Origin: Fibrobacterota bacterium
Lineage (GTDB): Bacteria; Fibrobacterota; Fibrobacteria; UBA11236
Length of the DNA: 19,155 nt
NCBI GenBank assembly: GCA_043753995.1
Contig: JAYUVP010000127.1
Location: 1-19,155, forward strand
Reading direction: 5' to 3'
Each line of letters starts with the position of its first letter. Within the stretch, counting starts at the first letter, position 1. A model generated the notes under the pieces. That model made no database searches. It saw only the letters and a program-made list of their open reading frames with translations, and was not told the origin of the DNA. The position numbers were made by a program, and so were the translations under genes. Of this stretch, positions 16,187 to 19,155 are shown one piece after another.

Positions 16187-16870
16187 ATGGGTTTGCGTTT
16201 TGAAAATCCGATATACATTCCACCCAAGGCACGCGCTTGGCTTCTGGAAAACTTTGTCATTGGTGCCAAGAACTATTGGTTTACCTTCTTCGCTGATGCG
16301 TCGACCGCGCTTGTTTTGATTTCGGCCGACTTGTTCTGGTTGCAAAGTTCCGCCTTGAGCGTCGTCCTGTCTGTCATTGGCGGGCTATTTCTCTGGGGTT
16401 TTAGTGAATACGCCTTTCATCGCTGGATCTATCATCATCCTGACAGCATTTTCGGCGATGGTCATCGCATGCATCATGAAACCCCAGTAGCTCTTTTGGC
16501 CATGCCCTGGTTCATGACCACCCTGGCCGTAACCGCGGTTTGGTGGCTCGGAGCGCGCGTAGCGAATATTCCCAATTTCTCTTCTGTTTTGGCGGGATGG
16601 TTGGCGGGCTTTGTCTGGTACTCCATCGTGCATCATGTTCAACATCACAATCCCTGGCGTAATGCTTGGATGCGCCGATTGAATGCCTTTCACCGCATTC
16701 ACCATCATTTTCCCAATACAAATTATGGTGTAACCATGATGATGTGGGACACCGTCTTCGGCACGCGCTTTCGTCCCCCCGTGCGCGGAAAAAGAAAGAG
16801 AAACGACTTGACCGATTCACCGATCGAGCCGAGTGTGAGCCGTTTGACCGAGGTCGGTACGCCATCCTAA
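16187..16870 (+). CDS. Fatty acid hydroxylase/sterol desaturase superfamily protein (FA2H/Scs7-like, no cytochrome b5 domain)
   Basis: Four His boxes ([30 protein letters not shown]) plus NYGVT..WDTVFGT; several TM segments; SD-like GGAAAGGG. Confidence 0.9.
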   Translation: MGLRFENPIYIPPKARAWLLENFVIGAKNYWFTFFADASTALVLISADLFWLQSSALSVVLSVIGGLFLWGFSEYAFHRWIYHHPDSIFGDGHRMHHETPVALLAMPWFMTTLAVTAVWWLGARVANIPNFSSVLAGWLAGFVWYSIVHHVQHHNPWRNAWMRRLNAFHRIHHHFPNTNYGVTMMMWDTVFGTRFRPPVRGKRKRNDLTDSPIEPSVSRLTEVGTPS

Positions 16871-17314
16871 GGCCATAAGGCCTTCGGCAATCAGAAATAG
16901 CGGTGCGGTGAAAACCGCCTGTGCGAAATTGTCTAGTAAGGCCGGTTTTCGGCCTTCAATCGCATGCCCAATCAATTGCAATATCCAGCCGCCGCCGAAA
17001 GTGGCGGCGAAAACCATTCCCGAAAATGCCTTGGGTTGAAGGGCAGTCCAATGCGCCAGAGCCAACGTGGGTGCAATCACCAAAAGCATGAGCAAGGCAA
17101 GGCCTCGATCGAGTCGCCAATAATGCCATAGACTGCCGAGTACAAAGGGCATGGCCAGGGTGTAGCGCCACCCCTTCCATTCTAAGCCTAGCCAACTCAG
17201 GGCCAGTAAAAGCCCGAAAGTCACCAGGGGAATGCCAAAAACATGAGTAGCTCGGCAGCCCCATGTACGGTGATAACCTTGATAAAAATCGAGTTGCTGT
17301 TTCAGGTTAGGCAT
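16817..17314 (-). CDS. Mpo1-like / DUF962 membrane protein
   Basis: YQGYH..THVFGIP and [25 protein letters not shown] are the DUF962 signature motifs. Confidence 0.9.
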   Translation of the reverse strand: MPNLKQQLDFYQGYHRTWGCRATHVFGIPLVTFGLLLALSWLGLEWKGWRYTLAMPFVLGSLWHYWRLDRGLALLMLLVIAPTLALAHWTALQPKAFSGMVFAATFGGGWILQLIGHAIEGRKPALLDNFAQAVFTAPLFLIAEGLMALGWRTDLGQTAHTRLDR

Positions 17315-17491
17315 AGGGATAAGCTATCTCAAAAGCGGACGGCTGCATCCCAGTCCGTGAAATAGTCCTGGCCTGGTTTGTCTCTCTCAGGCTAAAATCG
17401 AGGCCGTAGAGCATTCGACCGGTTGTTTTTGGTAAAGTTGAAATCAGTCCCTAGCCGGAATATGGGTTTTGAATTGTACTTAAGGCCGAAT

Positions 17492-18394
17492 ATGCAAGCA
17501 AAACCCATGGAGACATCCCTCAAGACTTTAGGAAAGACCCTCCTAGTTTTCTTTATCGCTTTGCCCCAGCTTGCGCATTCTCTACCTGACTGGGACACCC
17601 ATTTGCAAACCTCAAAGCAAGACGTGGCCTTTATTGAAATCGAACCGTATCGCGGATTTGGGGATCCCGCGCCTTCCTATTATAGCAGCCGTCAATTTTG
17701 GCGCTATGCGGGACAAATCAGCTTTCCCGCGGGCAGCATTTCTGGCCATGACCTTTTCGGATCGGCCAAGTCCACCTTTATCGGCCGGGATATCGGCTAT
17801 CAGGGCAAGACCCTGAATCAGGGTGCCTTGCAGCGCTATTGGCTGGCCTTCGGCGGCACGGCCTTCACCGCAGGCAAACAAAGCGGTACCGTGGTGATAG
17901 GTCTTGGTCACAATAGTGATAATAATGATTTCGGCGCCCCAGGTTGGAATACGGAATGGATTTACATGCACAGCTTTGCCGTGAATGATAGGCTGGAGTG
18001 GGGGATAGGCGCTGATGTTCAGCAATACTTCGACAAGTACGAACCCTACCCGCTGTTTTTTTTCGATTGGCGCGTGGCCGCGGCTACCAAATTACGCTGG
18101 GACGCCGATTATCTCGAAGTGAGACAATTTTTAAAACCAAACCTTTCTCTGGCCGCCGGGATTCGCTTCAATCTCGAATTTTTCAATCTCGGTGAAAGCG
18201 GGACCTACGAATACCAAAGCGTGGGCGGTGAAGTCGGCTTGCAATACGCATTTTCGACTCACGGATTTTTGCGCCTCAACTACAAGCGTCTCTTCGCCGG
18301 CCGGGAAGAAATCGGTTTACCCGAAGGCGGTTTTCAAAAACGCAATGTGCCGACGGGAAATAGCTTGCGCTTGAACGCGGCTTTCGGACTGTAA
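17492..18394 (+). CDS. Outer-membrane beta-barrel protein (DUF6268-like)
   Basis: Likely start ATG 17492 or 17507. Signal peptide KTLLVFFIALPQLAHS; aromatic-rich strands (LEWGIGA, PYPLFFFDWR, VGGEVGLQY); ends LRLNAAFGL. Confidence 0.75.
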   Translation: MQAKPMETSLKTLGKTLLVFFIALPQLAHSLPDWDTHLQTSKQDVAFIEIEPYRGFGDPAPSYYSSRQFWRYAGQISFPAGSISGHDLFGSAKSTFIGRDIGYQGKTLNQGALQRYWLAFGGTAFTAGKQSGTVVIGLGHNSDNNDFGAPGWNTEWIYMHSFAVNDRLEWGIGADVQQYFDKYEPYPLFFFDWRVAAATKLRWDADYLEVRQFLKPNLSLAAGIRFNLEFFNLGESGTYEYQSVGGEVGLQYAFSTHGFLRLNYKRLFAGREEIGLPEGGFQKRNVPTGNSLRLNAAFGL

Positions 18395-18830
18395 GGGGAG
18401 AGGTCTCTCCCTCGGTCGAGCCTCCTCGTCTTTGCGACGGGGGGCTGATGTTCGGCCTGAAAAAAGGCTCGCGGTCCTCGGCCCCCAGGGAAATGCTTCG
18501 AAGCGATCGGGCCTGCGGAGCGAGCCTTTTTTCAGGCGCTCACCGCCACCCCTCGGTATAGCCCGGGGAGACTCGGCGCGATGTCGAGCCTTTCCCCTTA
18601 TGCCTTTCGCGCCAGGTTGCATATCCCTGGAGAAACGCATCGACTGCGGGGTCTCTCCCTGCCCTCTCTACGGGGGCCTGGCCCCCGTAACGCCCCCGTG
18701 ACATTCTATGCTGGCCTCGAAGTAAAGCCTCCGGCGTGCGTCTCCGAAGGGGCTCGCTCCGCAACGAGAACAGCGAGTGAGGACTGCGAGCTCATTCGGA
18801 GACGGAAACGTCAGCCGCCCGCCCCCATCG
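18392..18830. repeat. Highly structured GC-rich intergenic element with two inverted, diverged stem-loop units (REP/MITE-like element or ncRNA)
   Basis: Perfect 18-bp inverted repeat at 18455-18472/18520-18537. A second long stem spans 18739-18804. The two share the internal motif GCTCGC-RGTCCTC...TGCGGA-GCGAGC in opposite orientations. Several further hairpins. Confidence 0.75.
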
Positions 18831-18998
18831 ATTTGACTGTCGGATGACCCATGGAGATCCGTAAAAGCCATTATTAGGAGATTCTCACATGAAAAAAGAA
18901 TTGATACGACTTGTATTTTATAAATAATTTATTGCCTGCCAGATTATCATGGCTTCTGTTTTGAATCGGTAGGGTGTTTAAAAAAGAGTAAGTCGATG

Positions 18999-19028
18999 TT
19001 GTCACATTCGTATAAGCCGTGATACAAT
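18999..19028 (+). promoter_or_regulatory. Putative sigma70 promoter for the gene at 19057
   Basis: TTGTCA, 18-nt spacer, TACAAT, with an overlapping imperfect inverted repeat TGTCAC..GTGATA. Confidence 0.45.
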
Positions 19029-19056
19029 GCTCGCATCCCTTTTCCAAGGAGAATCG

Positions 19057-19155
19057 ATGTACGGCAAACCACTCTTAGGCCTAACGACCGCAATAGCCCT
19101 GTCCGCAGGCGCGGCCATGGCGCAGGAGCAAACCTTCAACGTGTACGGCTTTGCC
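19057..19155 (+). CDS. 5' end of an exported protein, probably a porin-like OM barrel (truncated by the window edge; absent from the ORF track)
   Basis: SD AAGGAG, then MYGKPLLGLTTAIALSAGAAMA-QEQTFNVYGFA: a signal peptide with an AMA cleavage site and a porin-like first strand. Confidence 0.8.
   Translation, partial: MYGKPLLGLTTAIALSAGAAMAQEQTFNVYGFA

Noticed and set aside
18719..18737. AAAGCCTCCGGC resembling part of a c-di-GMP-I riboswitch
   Set aside because: The upstream GGCAAAC/GNRA stem and downstream receptor stem are missing.
18432..18871. Short ORFs over the structured element
   Set aside because: Arg/Pro/Gly-rich translations typical of GC-rich palindromic DNA; no transposase motifs.
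1..19155. CRISPR array, rRNA, group II intron, or eukaryotic origin of the contig (SET, VWD, XYLB, FA2H and Mpo1 families)
   Set aside because: No spaced direct repeats, rRNA signature or intron domain V were seen. SD sites, tight gene packing, lipoboxes and an encoded G-1/CCA tRNA are bacterial, and all these families have bacterial members.

Overview
Bacterial chromosomal segment, probably Fibrobacterota/FCB group (inferred from protein style, D-S/T sequon richness and TATATT-type promoters; not verified by search). The left 13.7 kb is a minus-strand run, in transcription order: a TPR lipoprotein with a duplicated Ca-binding-like module; a translationally coupled TraF_2/FadL-like beta-barrel; a small exported protein with a C-terminal Gly/Ala-rich helix; a giant Ig/PKD/LamG lipoprotein; an alpha/beta-hydrolase fused to a probable beta-barrel; a 1245-aa two-CxxCH cytochrome c-VWD-split FN3 fusion; and a stand-alone SET-domain protein. 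The right part holds a probable leaderless small membrane protein, a eukaryote-type xylulokinase, tRNA-His(GTG), a convergent fatty-acid hydroxylase plus Mpo1/DUF962 pair, an outer-membrane barrel, a ~440-bp highly structured quasi-palindromic intergenic element, and the start of another exported protein. No transposase, integrase, CRISPR array or rRNA was seen. The best novelty candidates are the membrane-tethered, possibly self-cleaving di-heme protein, the barrel+lipoprotein pair, the candidate alpha-oxidation pair and the structured intergenic element.
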